Notes under the pieces: model-generated | What the model was told of the DNA's origin: nothing | The model's database searches: none | Seen by the model: only the letters and a program-made list of their open reading frames with translations | Assembly: GCA_951406725.2 (NCBI GenBank) | Contig: OX597814.1 | Coordinates: forward strand, 86,118,001-86,182,000 | Source of the DNA: Octopus vulgaris | Lineage: Eukaryota | Direction: 5' to 3' | DNA length: 64,000 bases | Made by a program: the position numbers and the translations under genes | Part shown: in pieces, positions 28,933-43,019 of the stretch | How positions within the stretch are numbered: position 1 is the first letter of the stretch | Layout of the letters: every line of letters starts with the position of its first letter

Positions 28933-29846
28933 CATCCCATAAATCGTCTTTAGAGCTTAAATCTTACTAATGCCATCGAGTTCAGCTTTATATCAATTGA
29001 GCACTTACCCCTCGAATTTTCTAGCCTTGTGCTAAAATTAGAAAGAAATATTAGTTTTTAACACAGGCGCACAGCCCAAAATTTAGGAGAGGGTCACTGA
29101 TTATCTGATTAACACCAGTATTTGAATTTTACTGAGTTAAATCAATCTCAGAAAGATCAAAAATCAAATTCGTCTTCCCGAAATTTGAACTGATTCTCTC
29201 CTCTCGAAAAATGGGGGTTTGATAGATGCCCTCTCCCCAAATTGCTGGTCTTGTGCCTAATATGGTTTCATTTTAGTACAAGACCATTAATTTCGGGGCG
29301 GGAAGTAAATCGATTACATTGACCTCAGTGCTAATCTGGTACTTATTTTATCGACCCCAAAACGATGAAAGTCAAAGCCGATGTCGGTGGAGTTTGAACG
29401 TAGAACGTGAAGACGGACGAAATGCCGCTAAACATTTAACCCCGCGTGCTAACGATTCTGCCAGCTTGCTACCTTGGTCTTGTCTCTAAATTAGAAGCAA
29501 TTATCATTAATCGTAGTAAAAGTGACGAACTGGAAGAACGTTTCGCTGTCGGACCAAATTTCTTTGCATCATTTCTTAAGTTTTTTTATGTTCTGAGTTC
29601 AAATTCCGCCGAGGTCAACTTCCCTTTTCGGGACGATAGAATAAATAGCAATAAAGAACTGGGATACCCCACACGAAATGCTAGCCTTGTGCTAAAATTA
29701 GAAAGAATTATGAGTAGTATCAATATCAGTATTATTTTATCAACATCATCATCGTCACTACCATTCATCATCATCCTCCAAAGGTTAGACAGAATATGCA
29801 ATTTTCTCTTGCATAAATATAATGCAAGACTTTGGCTATATATATA

Positions 29847-32658
29847 CTAGCAGAATTGCCCGGCGATGCTCGGGGCTGAATTGCTTGAAAGTACTGTTAA
29901 TGATTGCACTGAATTATGATGATTATTCAGGCAAATATTGATATAAGTTTACGGCGAATGAATGTATTTGTAAGTGTATAGAAAGCCGTGTAAAGGAGTT
30001 CCTACCCCCTCGTAGAATGGTGTAAGAATTGAATGCGAGGTTGCCTTGAAAAGAGCCATGTTATTGTTCTCATAATTGTAAGAATTTAATAGTCGTGGAA
30101 GGCGGTGTAAAACGTTCGCAGGTGAATAGGGTCTCTTCGTTTTCCACGAACGGCAGCGGATGTGCTGTTACAAAACTTCATGCTGTGTTAAAAGAGAATG
30201 GATGCCCTATGTAGGCAAGAGGGGAATGAAGCATGGGTAAGTAAATATGGGTAATTTATAAAATATAGAACAATAGCATATACTCATCATATGTCAGACC
30301 GGCAAGACTGTAGTGGTGCTGAATAGATGAATCACAACACAGTGGTGGAGATGTTTTCATTGATGGGCGTTATGATTAAATTTGTTGTTGTATAAAATTA
30401 TCTGTTGCTTAGCTTCCAAAGTGTATGTTGCGATCGTGTTGTCGCTTATGTAAACTTTAACAGTGAGAGTGTAGATGTAGGGGGTAGATGTGTCATGTAC
30501 GTTGGATATAGAAGATGAGGCTGGTGGTTTGATGATGAATGGATAGAAATAGAGGTGTTGGTTAAGTGTGAAATAATGTCATGAAACGCCTAAAAATGTA
30601 AATGCCATCATAAAAGAGAGTCGTATGTAAGTGAAATACTAACGTGTTCGAAAATGATGAAATGTAGTAATCCTATAAAACCTCCTTGTACACAATGTTT
30701 TTTGTTTTTCGTTGTGGAACGAATGCGAAAGCATCACTGTTGCTGCCGACACGCGAGCAGGCAACATAAAGCTGACCATGAGAGAAACATGGCTCTCCCA
30801 AATGTATTCCCGCCACAGACATTGTTTGACCCTGTGCTTTGTTAATTGACATTGCGAAACATGGCCTTACTGGGAACTGGAACCTCCGAAATATGAAAGG
30901 AAGGTCTGCTCCTGATGGGAAAAGATGCATCCAAGGTATGAACACAACGTTGCCTCGACCGCACCCTGTGATAATGGTGGCCTCAATCAGATTGGCAGAT
31001 AAGGACTTAACGATCAAATGTGTGCCATTGCATTGTTTTGGGGGAACCAAATTTCTAATGAGCATTATAGGGGCACCAAGTTTAAGTTTGAGAATGTGTG
31101 GTGGTAGTCCGGGGGCTCAAAGGAATTGAATACCTCTATTGGATAGTTGATGACGTCCTCTGGGTCAGGAGTTGTATCGATAGACTTATATACATAGACA
31201 TCCCCAGGAATGAGTTTTAGCATTTCATCATTAATATGGTGAACAGTTTTATTCCTCGGGGCCAGAATAGCCCTTTGGCCCATCCAATCCATATTCTGAT
31301 AATTAGCCTGTAGATCTGGGAACACTGCATCTCTGAGATCAGAAGGCGTTTTAACAATGGTACAAATGGAATCGATGGCAATATTACCATTTTCATCCCC
31401 TGGTATTTTGCCTTCGCCAAGTACAAGGAGGGTGTGAGAAAATGCTGCTGATTTGATATCACGTCGCATATGAGCACGCATATTGGTGTGAAGTTTGAGA
31501 GTCTTCACCAGTGGCCACAATGTGGTTGACTTAAGACACGCACTTACTGCATCAGCTGTAGTCCCTTTGGTAATAACGGGAAGTGTTTGTCGGAAGTCCC
31601 CTGAAAGAAGAAGTGTTATGCCTCCCATGGGTGCTGAAGAGTGTTTGATGTCTCTGAGAGATCTATCCAGTGCCTCAAGAGCACCTCTGTGGGCCATCGT
31701 GCATTCATCCCAAACGATAAGCTTGCATCGTCTGAAGACTTCTGCCTGATCGGAGCTGTTACTGATGTTGCAAGTTGGTGTCTCAGTCTTCGCTAAGTCA
31801 AGCGGGAGCTTGAAAGTGGAGTGAGCTGTCCTGCCGCCTGGCAACAAAGTAGCCACAATTCCAGACGATGCCACAGCTAGGGCAATGCCTTGTGTTCGCC
31901 TAATCTCAGCCAATATTAATTTGTTGACAAAAGTTTTCCCAGTGCCCCCAGGAACGTCCAGGAAAAAAATCCCCCCAGCTTTGGCCCGGACTGAATTAAC
32001 AACGGAGGTGTAAGCGAACTTCTGTTACGGTTTACAATTATTTAACAAATGCAACACAACAACGTTTCCCTGACGAGGAACCAACAAACGTGATTATAAT
32101 AGTCAAACAGTAATAATAATAACAACAAACCTTTTTAATTTATCCCCATTTATGTGAAACCACTTATTCAAGTTCAAGTCATTGATGCAATTTCTATACG
32201 AATTGCTAATACACACACACACACACACACACATAATAAGGGTGAAAAATTGAATATTAATTTGATTAATACGAATTGAAAACCAGTGGTGTAGCATATA
32301 AGATCATAGCGGATCTTCCTCTAGCAAAATAGATGACCAGTATTAATGGCTCATCCCTGTTATATAATACTTTCACTTTAATAGTTTCACACTTGCAAAG
32401 AGAAAGTATGAGAAAGTGTGGTGGTAATAGCAGGAGTAAACCACTTGATATGAGAGAGGCAAATCGTAAAATATTGAATTTTCTCGAATTTTTGCTTAAT
32501 TGGGGGTCAAATTGAAAAAAAATTACATGCCATGACCCAATCGAATCTACTTGGAAAAATCATAGGTAAATTCCAATTGAAGAAATTCTATATTGTAGAA
32601 TTGTATTAAAAAGAAACATGGGAACAGGCAGAGAAAATTTGCCTTTTATCATAAGAGA
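29847..32658 (-). mobile_element. Helitron, internally deleted non-autonomous copy with both termini
   Basis: Minus strand host A|TCTCTTATGATAAAAGG ... hairpin CCCGAGCATCGCCGGG ... CAATTCTGCTAG|T host; inserted at an AT within a (TA)n run with no TSD; carries a helicase relic. The 3' end is better supported than the 5' end. Confidence 0.85.
30673..32024 (-). pseudogene. Helitron PIF1-family SF1 DNA helicase domain (frameshifted)
   Basis: GGIFFLDVPGGTGKTF (Walker A), [72 protein letters not shown] 1-nt frameshift in the G run at 31111-31115 interrupts [23 protein letters not shown]; in-frame TAA at 32025-32027. Confidence 0.95.
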
Positions 32659-32841
32659 TATATATAAATGAGCAGGCAGCATTGAAAAAGAGAACAAAAA
32701 AACAATGAACAAAAAAGAAAAAGTGAAAAAATGAAAGAAAATCGTTCAAAGCTTGAATGTAAATTAACATTACTAGTATTTTTGAAATTCAATTGCAAAT
32801 GTTTTTTATTATTATTGTTGCTGTTATTATTATTATCATCA

Positions 32842-32900
<59 letters not shown>

Positions 32901-32905
<5 letters not shown>

Positions 32906-33085
32906 TTGACTTTTGCATTACATTCGTACAAGTTGGCTCCAAGTCTCACCCAGAGACCTCAAGAGACAACAAGTTGGAAGTTCATGTTGGTGTTCTGCCT
33001 AGGGTGCCATATATTTGGTTTTGTACATAGTGTTGTTCTAGAGAATGTTTAAGAAACCATAAGAAAATTATGTTTGTTTTAAAAC
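32901..33085 (-). mobile_element. 5'-truncated non-LTR retrotransposon 3' end inserted in (TAA)n (R4/Dong-like, tentative)
   Basis: A unique 185-bp segment flanked on both sides by (TTA)n. Minus strand ends CTCTTGAGGTCTCTGGGTGAGACTTGGAGCC...AAACATT(AAT)n. Dong elements are known to target (TAA)n. Confidence 0.5.
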
Positions 33086-33156
<71 letters not shown>

Positions 33157-33371
33157 GTCAGTATATATATATAAGGGTATACGTGTAAGTACGTGGGAGA
33201 GTTTAAAATTATTTACCTCACTTTTACAAATGAATCTTCTCATTTACAAACACACACATACACACACACACATACATACACGCACACGCATATATACATT
33301 ATGAATGCATGTATACGTACATAAATATAGAAATATACAAGCATATATATATATATACATACATGTATATG

Positions 33372-33820
33372 ACGCATGGCTGTGTGGTAAGAAGTTTGCT
33401 TCCCAACTACATGGTTCTGAGTTCAACTCCACTGCGTAGTACTTGTCCATTTTAGACAAGTGTCTTCTGCTACAACTCGGGTTGACCAAAGCCTTGTGAA
33501 TGAATTTGGTAGAAGGAAACTGAAAGAAACCTGTCATATATATATGTGTGTGTGTGTGTGTGTATGTATGTATACGTACGTGGGGATGTAAGTATGCGTG
33601 TGCTTGTGTCGTTCTCTTTCTGTTTGTTTTTTACAACCGCTTGACCACCCGTTTTGGTTTGTTTACATTACTAAAACTTAATGATTCGGCAAAAATAAAA
33701 CAAGAGAACAAGTACCAGGCTAAAAATAAGTACTAGGGGCTATTTTGTTCAGCTAAACCCACGAAAGTGCTGCCCAGCAGGGCCACAGTCCAATGACTGA
33801 AACAGATAAAGGATAGAAGA
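33372..33820 (+). mobile_element. SINE family A, diverged full length
   Basis: Head, core and tail recognisable. Confidence 0.82.
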
Positions 33821-33835
33821 TTATATATGTTTGTG

Positions 33836-33902
<67 letters not shown>

Positions 33903-34607
33903 TCTTTTTCTTGATTGCATGTTAATTCCAGAAAACCGTTGATTCCTTGAGATCATCTTCTTTTCACATTGAGAATCGCTAACAATTGTTACCACGCATT
34001 TGTTTAAAATCTCTCAAAGCGAAAATACTTTCAATAAATCGAGCGCTTAATGTGGATGGTATTTGATAAACGTTTCTATGCTTCTATTGTCTAAATTCAT
34101 ATCATTCGTCACGCTATATTATTTTCTTTCGTACTATTTATCCAAATTACTCGTGGTCATATATATTTCCTGCTCTTACTTCTTTTCTATATGTCTAAGT
34201 ATGGCCAAGACTTCGAAACTGTGTTCATTGAGATAGAAACATGTGTTCAGAAGTGTCGAATTTGTTTTTCGTTTCTCTTGTCAAAAAAAAACAAAAAAAA
34301 ACAATTCTCTTTTGCTTAATGTTGTGTCAGGTCCGTAAAATACTTCATTACCTCTTGTATTTTTATTTGGAGCCCACATTTATTTGTAATCACTGGCCAT
34401 TCCGAGTTTTTACTCTTCGCTCAATTTCATCCCTGCCTTCCTTTCATACACATGCATACATGGAAATGTCGAAATTGTGATGATTTCTGGTAGATAGTAG
34501 TTGAGAAACGGAGCGTGTCCACATCTATTGTGTGTCTTTTTCCTGTTTACCGTACGTTTCTTTGTCGTCCCTCTATGCTACATTTCTTCCTATATGTATA
34601 TATATAG

Positions 34608-34651
<44 letters not shown>

Positions 34652-34716
34652 TTATTCTTTTACTTGTTTCAGTCATTTGACTGCGGCTATATATATATAT
34701 ACGTGTGTGTTTGTGC

Positions 34717-34754
<38 letters not shown>

Positions 34755-35067
34755 GTACATACATGTATACACACATACGTACATACATGCATACACGCAA
34801 GCACGCGCACGCATACACACACACACACAACCACGACGTTTCGATTCCATTGATTTACAATCAACGTCATGAAGGTGTCGTAAGAGTACAAAATGCCAGT
34901 GGAAAGCAAAGATTCTCATAGATTAATAGAAGGAAGAGATAATAGAAGGAAGAGATAACCCAGCTGATCGAGCGAGTGGAATATTTACGTTTTACATGTA
35001 TTCAAATATGTCATAAGTAGATAGACACCACCAGCTTTTTTTATTTTTTTAAATATACAAATATAAA

Positions 35068-35273
35068 CTGAAAAGTTCTTGACTTAAAGGGTATCGCCAA
35101 AGGCCTGGTTGGAGGCCCAACTTTACGAGTTCTTTTACAGGGCTTAGAAAAACTGAAGGGTTGCTACAGTAAGTGTGTGAATCTGAGAAGGGAATATGTT
35201 GAATAAAATCATAATTAACTGATCCTCCTGTATTTTCTTTTACCCAAAGCAAGGAGCTTTTCACCACTCCTCG
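35068..35273 (+). mobile_element. Mariner-derived MITE, copy 3
   Basis: Homologous body; left TIR partly eroded. Confidence 0.82.
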
Positions 35274-35276
35274 TGC

Positions 35277-35334
<58 letters not shown>

Positions 35335-35459
35335 GTATATATGTATGTATGTATATATATATATACATATACATATACATGTATAAATATATATATATAT
35401 ATATATATATACAAATATATCATAAGCTGAAACTGGACATCAATCAATATATATATATA

Positions 35460-35491
<32 letters not shown>

Positions 35492-35508
35492 CATACATAT
35501 ACACACAC

Positions 35509-35558
<50 letters not shown>

Positions 35559-35813
35559 AATAAAGAAAAGAAAGTCCTTAGTACAGTATGTGTGTGTGTG
35601 TCGTGTGTGTTCGTGTCTGTGTTTGACAACCGATGATGGTGTGTTTACGTTCCAGTAAATTAGCGGTTTGGCAAAAAAAATCCGATAGAATAAGTACTAG
35701 GCTTACAAAGAATAGGTCCTGGGGTCGATTTGTTCGACTAACGGCGTGCTCCAGCATGGACGCAGTCAAATGACCGAAGCAAATAAAAGAATAAAAGAAT
35801 ATATACGCACAGA

Positions 35814-35855
<42 letters not shown>

Positions 35856-35862
<7 letters not shown>

Positions 35863-36065
35863 TGCTGAAAAGTTTCTGGCCTTTAAGGGTATCACGAAAG
35901 GCCTGGTTGTAGACCCAGCCTTCCGAGTTCTTTTACACGGTTTCGAAAAACTGACGGACCGCTGCAATAAGCGTGTGAATCTGAGAGGGGAATATATTGA
36001 ATAAAATCCTCCTGTATTTTCTTTTACCCAAAGCAAGAGGCTTTTCAGCACACACACACACCTCG
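35856..36065 (+). mobile_element. Mariner-derived MITE, copy 4
   Basis: Left TIR CGAGGGGTGCTGAAAAGTTTCTGGC; right TIR interrupted by a (CA)n expansion. Confidence 0.85.
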
Positions 36066-36503
36066 TATCTATATATGTAGTGTATTGTATTTGCGATAGT
36101 TTTCATATATAATTTAATGCACGGTAGGTTTTTTTCATATAATTAGGATATGGGTACAAAGAAGTATCATGGAAGAGTACCCAAAGTTGAGTATTCGGTT
36201 GAATTAGCATGCGTTTGTGTGCAAAGAGACGAAATATGAGCGAGAAAAAGGTAAACATAAATGATGAAAAGAAAATAAACAGAAAAGGAAACTAAAGCAT
36301 GTGATGTAGTGTGACATAATGGAAACCGGACCCATAGGCCACTCACGCCCAGCGTGAAGTCACTTCCTGTGCAAAGTCAACAGCATCAATTCAGAGGAAG
36401 GGGGACAGCGGAGTCTTCAGACAAAGACAGCGTCAAAACAGTTACGATGAGGTGACGTATCAATGACAGAAGACTAGAGGGGCAAGGAACAGCGTTTACA
36501 TTG

Positions 36504-36534
<31 letters not shown>

Positions 36535-36695
36535 TACATTCATACAAACAATATATATATACATACATACACACATACATACATATATATATAGTATACA
36601 CACACACAGATACATACTACATACATATACACACACACATATATATATATATGCATACACAGATACACACTACATACATACACACACGCATACAT

Positions 36696-36738
<43 letters not shown>

Positions 36739-37496
36739 CGTTTGTGTGTGTGCGTATTCATATACATACATACATACATGTGTCTATATGTGTGTATGTA
36801 TGTATGTACGTATGTTTGTATGTATGTATGTATGTATGTATGTATTTATGTATGTATGTACGTAAGTACGTATGTATGTATGTATGAATGCATGTATGTA
36901 TGTATGTATGTATGTATGTATGTATGTATGTATGTACGTATGTATGTATTTATTTATGTATGTATGTATGTATGTATGTATGTATGTATGTATGTATGTA
37001 TGTATGTATGTATGTATGTATGTATGTATATTCAGCTTCTGGGCTACTCTCTATACGCAGCCATTTCATTCCTCTCCATTTTCGCTCTCACTGTTCTATA
37101 CTCTGTCGTCCCTCTTCTGCTCTCCTCAATCTTTTCCCCTTTTTAACTGTCGTCCTCCCCCTCTCTCTCTCTCACTCTCACTCTCATCGACTCCGACGCT
37201 CACCTTTTCCTCCTTTTTGTTCTTTCGGTCTCTTGATTGCCCATTCAAATGTCAAAGACAAATCAACGGCACTCGATCTGCTTGTGCTGATATTAATAGC
37301 CATCTTGCAAATATCTGGGGAATTAGCTTAAACAGTCAAAAGACAAAAAGCGGCATATGTCGTTCTCGTCTCCTACCCATCAACCTCACAAACTCTGCTT
37401 TGTCTTACTTCCCCTCCATTTTTTTCTTTTCTTTTTCTTTCTGCATATATTTCTGTCCAGTTAGCTGGCGAATACGTGTGCGTTCGAGTGAGTTTG

Positions 37497-37555
<59 letters not shown>

Positions 37556-37886
37556 GTGTGTGTGTAAGTGTGTGTATGCGTGTGTATGTATGTGTGTGTG
37601 TGCGGGCGTATGTGTGTGTGTGTGCGGGCGTATGTGTGTGTGCACGCGTGTTTGTGCGCGTGTGTGTACTGACTTGCGTGCGTGCGTGCGTGCGTGTGTG
37701 TGTGTATAAGTGTGTGTGCGTGCGTGTTTGTATGCATGTGTGCGTGAGCGCCTATGTGTGTGTGCGCGCGTGTGACAGTGTGTGAGTACTTACGTGCGTG
37801 TGTGAGAGCGTGTGTGTACCAACGTGTGTGCGTGTGTATGTGCGTGCGTGTGTGTACTGTACTTACGTGCGTGTGTGAATGTACTT

Positions 37887-37981
<95 letters not shown>

Positions 37982-38294
37982 AGTTCGAGAAAGAACGGAA
38001 ACAATAAAGGAAACAACAACAGCAAATCGCTTCTGAATGAGACTGAAAGCTAACGGATTCTGATAGTGAAATTCATTGTTGTCAGAGATATTGAGACGAC
38101 GTGAGCATCGTTACGTGACACCGATTTGAGAAGACAAAACGCATTAAAAATCCATAATGGCGTTGATCCCGATTTTATAATATTGATCATTATTGAATAC
38201 AGGCAAAAACCAAAAAGATATCTCCGTTGTTCGTAAAACTGCTAAATATTGCAGCCAAATCTTCCTCAAAATCAAACCCTTCTATCTTTTAAAA

Positions 38295-38895
38295 CAGTGG
38301 TTCTCAACTGGGGTCCACGTGGCCCTTGATGGTGGTGGGGAGTGTCCATATAAGATTTTGGTGTTCAAATTTATCTTTTATTTTTTTATCTTTTATCATT
38401 TACGTGTTTCAATCATTACACTGCGGCCATACTGGGGCACTGCTTTAAAGAATTTTACTCGAATGAATTGACCTCAGGACTTTTTTTCTTTTCTATTTTT
38501 TTTCTTTTTGCAAAGACTGGTACTTATTTGACCGGTCTCTTTTGCCGAACCGCAAATTACGGGGACGTAAACAAACTAATACCGGTCGCCAAGCGGTGGT
38601 GGGGCACAAACACATACTCAAAGACACACCCCTCTACCAAATTTACTCACATGGCTTTGGTCAGCCCGAGGCTATAGTAGAAGATACTTGCCCAAGGTGC
38701 CACGCATTGGGACTGAGCCCGGTGCAATAAATTGGTTATACTTTATAATACACAAAATATTATAGTTTTTTTTACACAATTAATATATTGTGTAACTTAT
38801 AATTAATAATATTTAATTACAAAACTACAATAAGAGGTCCATTCGAGTAAAATCATAGGGGTCCATAGATAAAAAAAAATGGTTGAGAACGAATG
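38295..38895. mobile_element. hAT (Charlie-type) MITE containing a SINE A insertion (about 38385-38725, minus)
   Basis: CAGTGGTTCTCAAC ... GTTGAGAACGAATG termini; 8-bp TSD TTTTAAAA at 38287-38294 and 38896-38903. Confidence 0.8.
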
Positions 38896-38964
38896 TTTTA
38901 AAATTAAGAAATGTCACATTAAACAAATCTTGTCGTAGATATTATAGTATATCTGTAAATAGTC

Positions 38965-40262
38965 GTAGGAGTGGCTGTGTGGTAAGTAGCTTGCTTACAA
39001 ACCACATGGTTCCGGGTTCAGTCCCACTGCGTGGCACTTTGAGCAAGCGTCTTCGGATCTTTTCAATTCTGAAGCCAGTTTTTTCAAATTTTTCCTACTG
39101 AACCAAACAATTTGAAACTTCGTATACTGGTAGAATGTGTCAAAAGTAAACTTAATTGTAAACCAGAATGAAAACGGAATTGTAACTTCTAAGTTTAACG
39201 TTGTTTAATAATTAGAATTTTAACCAATGATATTCCGTCATTCGGCTTTATTTTATTTACTCCGTCTCGACCACCAATTTGGTGACGTATTAAACATCTT
39301 AAATGTAAACAAGCCGCATGTCTCCGTGAAATCTCCTTCTAATTATTTAACGTACTCATGTTTCCAGGATCCTATAGTCAGCCACCTTCTAATAACAATA
39401 TTTAAAACTAGTTAATAAGCCACATGTATTAAATTGAAAATGTTTCCATTCTGTTAGTACTTGCTTTCGTTTGCTATTAAGAAGTGGCATCTCAGTGACG
39501 AGGCTTCTAACAAGATTTCGTTTCTAAGCTAATGCGTTTCATTTCACTTATTGTATTTATTTGTGCAAAAGGCAAGAAATTTAATATTAAAAAAGCAAAG
39601 AGCTGGCAGAAACGTTAGCACGCCGGGCGAAATGCGTAGCCGTATTTCGTCTGCCGTTACGTTCTGTGTTTGTTTACAGTTTTCCGAACGTTAGTACGTC
39701 ACAAAAGCGCTTTCTACGTCACACTAATAGAATGCAGTCAAGTTTTACACATGAAAACAAACAATCTGATTGGTTAAAATTCGCAGTTTTAATCTACGAT
39801 TAAAGTCATAAAATAGATTTTTCTCAAATAAACTAGTTCCAACCTGTGTCTTGTTTTGCTAGACTCTATCAGCATACGAAGTTTCAGAATATTTAGTTAA
39901 GTAGAAAGATCTGTGGTCCTGGCTTCAGAATTGAAAAGATCCGCGTCTTCTACTATAGCCTCGGGCTGACCAAAGCCTTGTGAGTGGAATTGGTGGACAG
40001 AAACTGAAAGAAGCCCGTCGTATATATGTACATATATATGCATGTGTGTGTATATGTTTGTGCGTCTGTGTTTGTCCCCCCCAACATCGCTTGATAACCG
40101 ATGCTGGTGTGTTTACGTCCCCGTCACTTAGCTGTTCGGCAAAAGAGACCGATAGAATAAGTACTAGGCTTACAAAGAATAAGTCCTGGGGTCGATTTGC
40201 TCGACTAAAGGCGGTGCTCCAGCATGGCCACAGTTAAATGATTGAAACAATTAAAAGAGTAA
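38965..40262 (+). mobile_element. SINE family A split by a DNA-transposon insertion
   Basis: Head at 38965-39054 resumes seamlessly at 39943 (GCGTCTTCTACTATAGCC). Confidence 0.92.
39055..39942. mobile_element. Non-autonomous DNA transposon, 888 bp, perfect 24-bp TIRs, 8-bp TSD
   Basis: TIR GGATCTTTTCAATTCTGAAGCCAG (39055-39078 and 39919-39942); TSD GCGTCTTC (39047-39054 and 39943-39950); no ORF; internal SINE B head fragment at about 39598-39668. Confidence 0.93.
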
Positions 40263-40812
40263 TATAGAATTGGATGATCACTTCTGGAACACCATTGATC
40301 TTTCGTCTGTTCGACCAGTGTTAACTTAGAACTAGACAATAACAACGATAACAACAACACTTAAACACGTGTAAACACTACACTAAACATCAGCAAACTC
40401 AACTATTAATCCTATCGAACGCTATACTAAATATTTTAAAATATGACCTATCAAATTTCCTTAAACACTATCTGTCTATATACATGTCAGTAGATCATTC
40501 ATCATAGGACAAATACATATACACATATGTATGTATATGCGCGCGCATAAGCGTGTGTACGTGCGCATTTGCGTGTATGTGTATGTGTGTGCGTGTTTGT
40601 ATCACACACACACACACATGTATATATACAATCCACTCACTAGGCTTTGGTCAGCCCAAGATGCCATGCAGTGGGACTGAGCCCGGAACCATGTGGTTGG
40701 GAAGCAAATTTCTAACCACACAACTACACCTATCATATATATACATACATAGTGATAGACAGACAGACAGGCAGGCAGGCAGACAGGCAGACAGACAGAC
40801 AGATAGACAGAC

Positions 40813-40902
<90 letters not shown>

Positions 40903-43019
40903 GCTGGTTGAGTGATATTTTTAGTGTCTCTGAGCTACAGACGTTATAAAACAATATAGATGTATTTAATTACCCCATTTGACAGTTTTGTGTTGTCTCT
41001 GGGGCGTGTGTGTGTGTGTGTGTGTGCGTGCGTGCGTACGTAGTTGATATCGTTATACTCACAAACGTATACGCATGCAAACAAATACATTTTCACACAC
41101 ACACACTTATGTATGTAGGCATGTATGTATGTATGATAATCTGAAATTTAATGTAGGTATGCCTATAAATTTTTTCAATAATACGCCTCGCTACGAAACA
41201 AATATAAACAAATGTTTATGCATCTCCATGGACAGAGTACTGCTGCGATCATCCTGACTAGCTTCATCTTCGTTTAGAGACTTGTCGGAGAACATATATG
41301 CTCGTTTTCAACTCAGTGATAATGATTTCTTACATAGTATGGAGTGAGTAGTGATTAGTCGATTAAATCGAGCCACGTATTTGATTAAAATTGTATACTA
41401 TTGACTTCGGGAGGACGAAAGGCAAAATTGACACCACCAGGACGAAAGGTAAAGTTTGCACTAGCAGAATATGAATTCAGGACATAAAAGCTGAAGCAAA
41501 CACCGCAAGGTATTTTCCTCGATGCTCTAACGATTCTGCCAATCCATGATGTCTGGAAACAGACTGGGTGTAATTACAGCCTTAATATTCAGTTTGCATT
41601 ACAATGAATGAGTCCATACTATCCCTTTACGTGATCACGCGCAACCTTTGTTTCATTTGTATCTATTCTCTTCAAAGCTGTCAATGGATATACTACCGCT
41701 TTGGTAATATGCAGTGCAATACGCGCACACAGCCATCAGAGTGGAGCGTAAAAGTTGATGTTATTCTATTAGCTTAGCATTTATATTAATAACGCCCAGT
41801 CACGGAGTCAATCAGCAACTCCAGTGTACAGCCAATAGACCAGGGGCAGACATCTTTATCGCGATTATGGAAACCTCTTCACGCAAAGTTATTTTCTTTC
41901 ATCTTTTCCCAATGCCATTTGCCGTGCATTATATGGACATCGTCGAGTCCAGTAATTATCTCCAAGCATTTCTAGCGTCACCGAAGAAACAAATTAGTTA
42001 CAAGAGACGTTTTGGACGAATTCTTTCTATGATTTCCTTAGAGTTTTCTCATTGCATCTTCTGTTTCGCTAACAACATTAGCCCTGTCTAAACCATACTT
42101 GTAAATACTTTGTCTGCAAAACACTTTTTTCTAACCACTCCTCCCGTGACCTCCATGAATCCCTTTTAGTCTTCTTTACAGCTCAACTCTTTTTCATTTC
42201 ACCTTCCATCAACAACCTTCCCCTCTTCTTCCTCACTTCCCCTTCGTCGTCGTCCTCCTCCTTCTCTTCCTCCCTCGCCTCCTCCTCCTGTTTACTTCTA
42301 CCTTTGGACTGCCTCTTATGATTTAGGCCTATTATGCAATTACTCCACAACTATATAAACATATATATGTATGTTTGTGTACGTGTGCATGTGTATGTGC
42401 GTATGAGTGTATGTCTGTGAGTGTGTGTGTGTGTGCGCGCGCGCGCGTGTATGTATGTACGCATGTATGCTTGTATGCATACATACTCACATACACACAT
42501 ACAACGGGCTTCTGCACAGTTTTTCAAGACATGATACATGTCAGATTACATTATGCAGCGAATCATTCCTTTTTTTTTATTCTTGTGACGATAGGGAGTT
42601 ACTTGAGAGAGATTTTTCTCCAACATCAACCAAAGCGGAAAAAAAAGAAACCCACAGAGGCTCTCTTCAAGATTGTCAGAGTTTAACCAAAGTGTAAATA
42701 ACAACACTGGCTATCAATCTTTCACGTTACTAATTACTCGAAGTTAATTAATAATAGTTTCTGATTTAGGCTGAGAGCAAACAAATACGAATGGATGATT
42801 TAGTTGATACATCGATCCAGTACCTGAATTGTACTATACTCTATCGACCCCGAAAGAAAGAAAGTAAACGTTGACCTCCGGTGGAATTTTGACTCAGTAT
42901 GTTAAGAGCCGGAAAAAATATCGTAAAGTATTTTGTCCGATGCTCCAACGGCTCTGCCAGTTCACGGCCTTGAAGTTAGTTAATGATCAACTTTTCTACA
43001 ATGGAGGAAATCTTTGAGG

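Noticed and set aside
30673-31913. Cellular PIF1 gene
   Set aside because: It is intronless, frameshifted and bounded by Helitron termini.
32070-32095. CTGACGA inside the Helitron
   Set aside because: There is no GAAA box or adequate stem II; a chance match.
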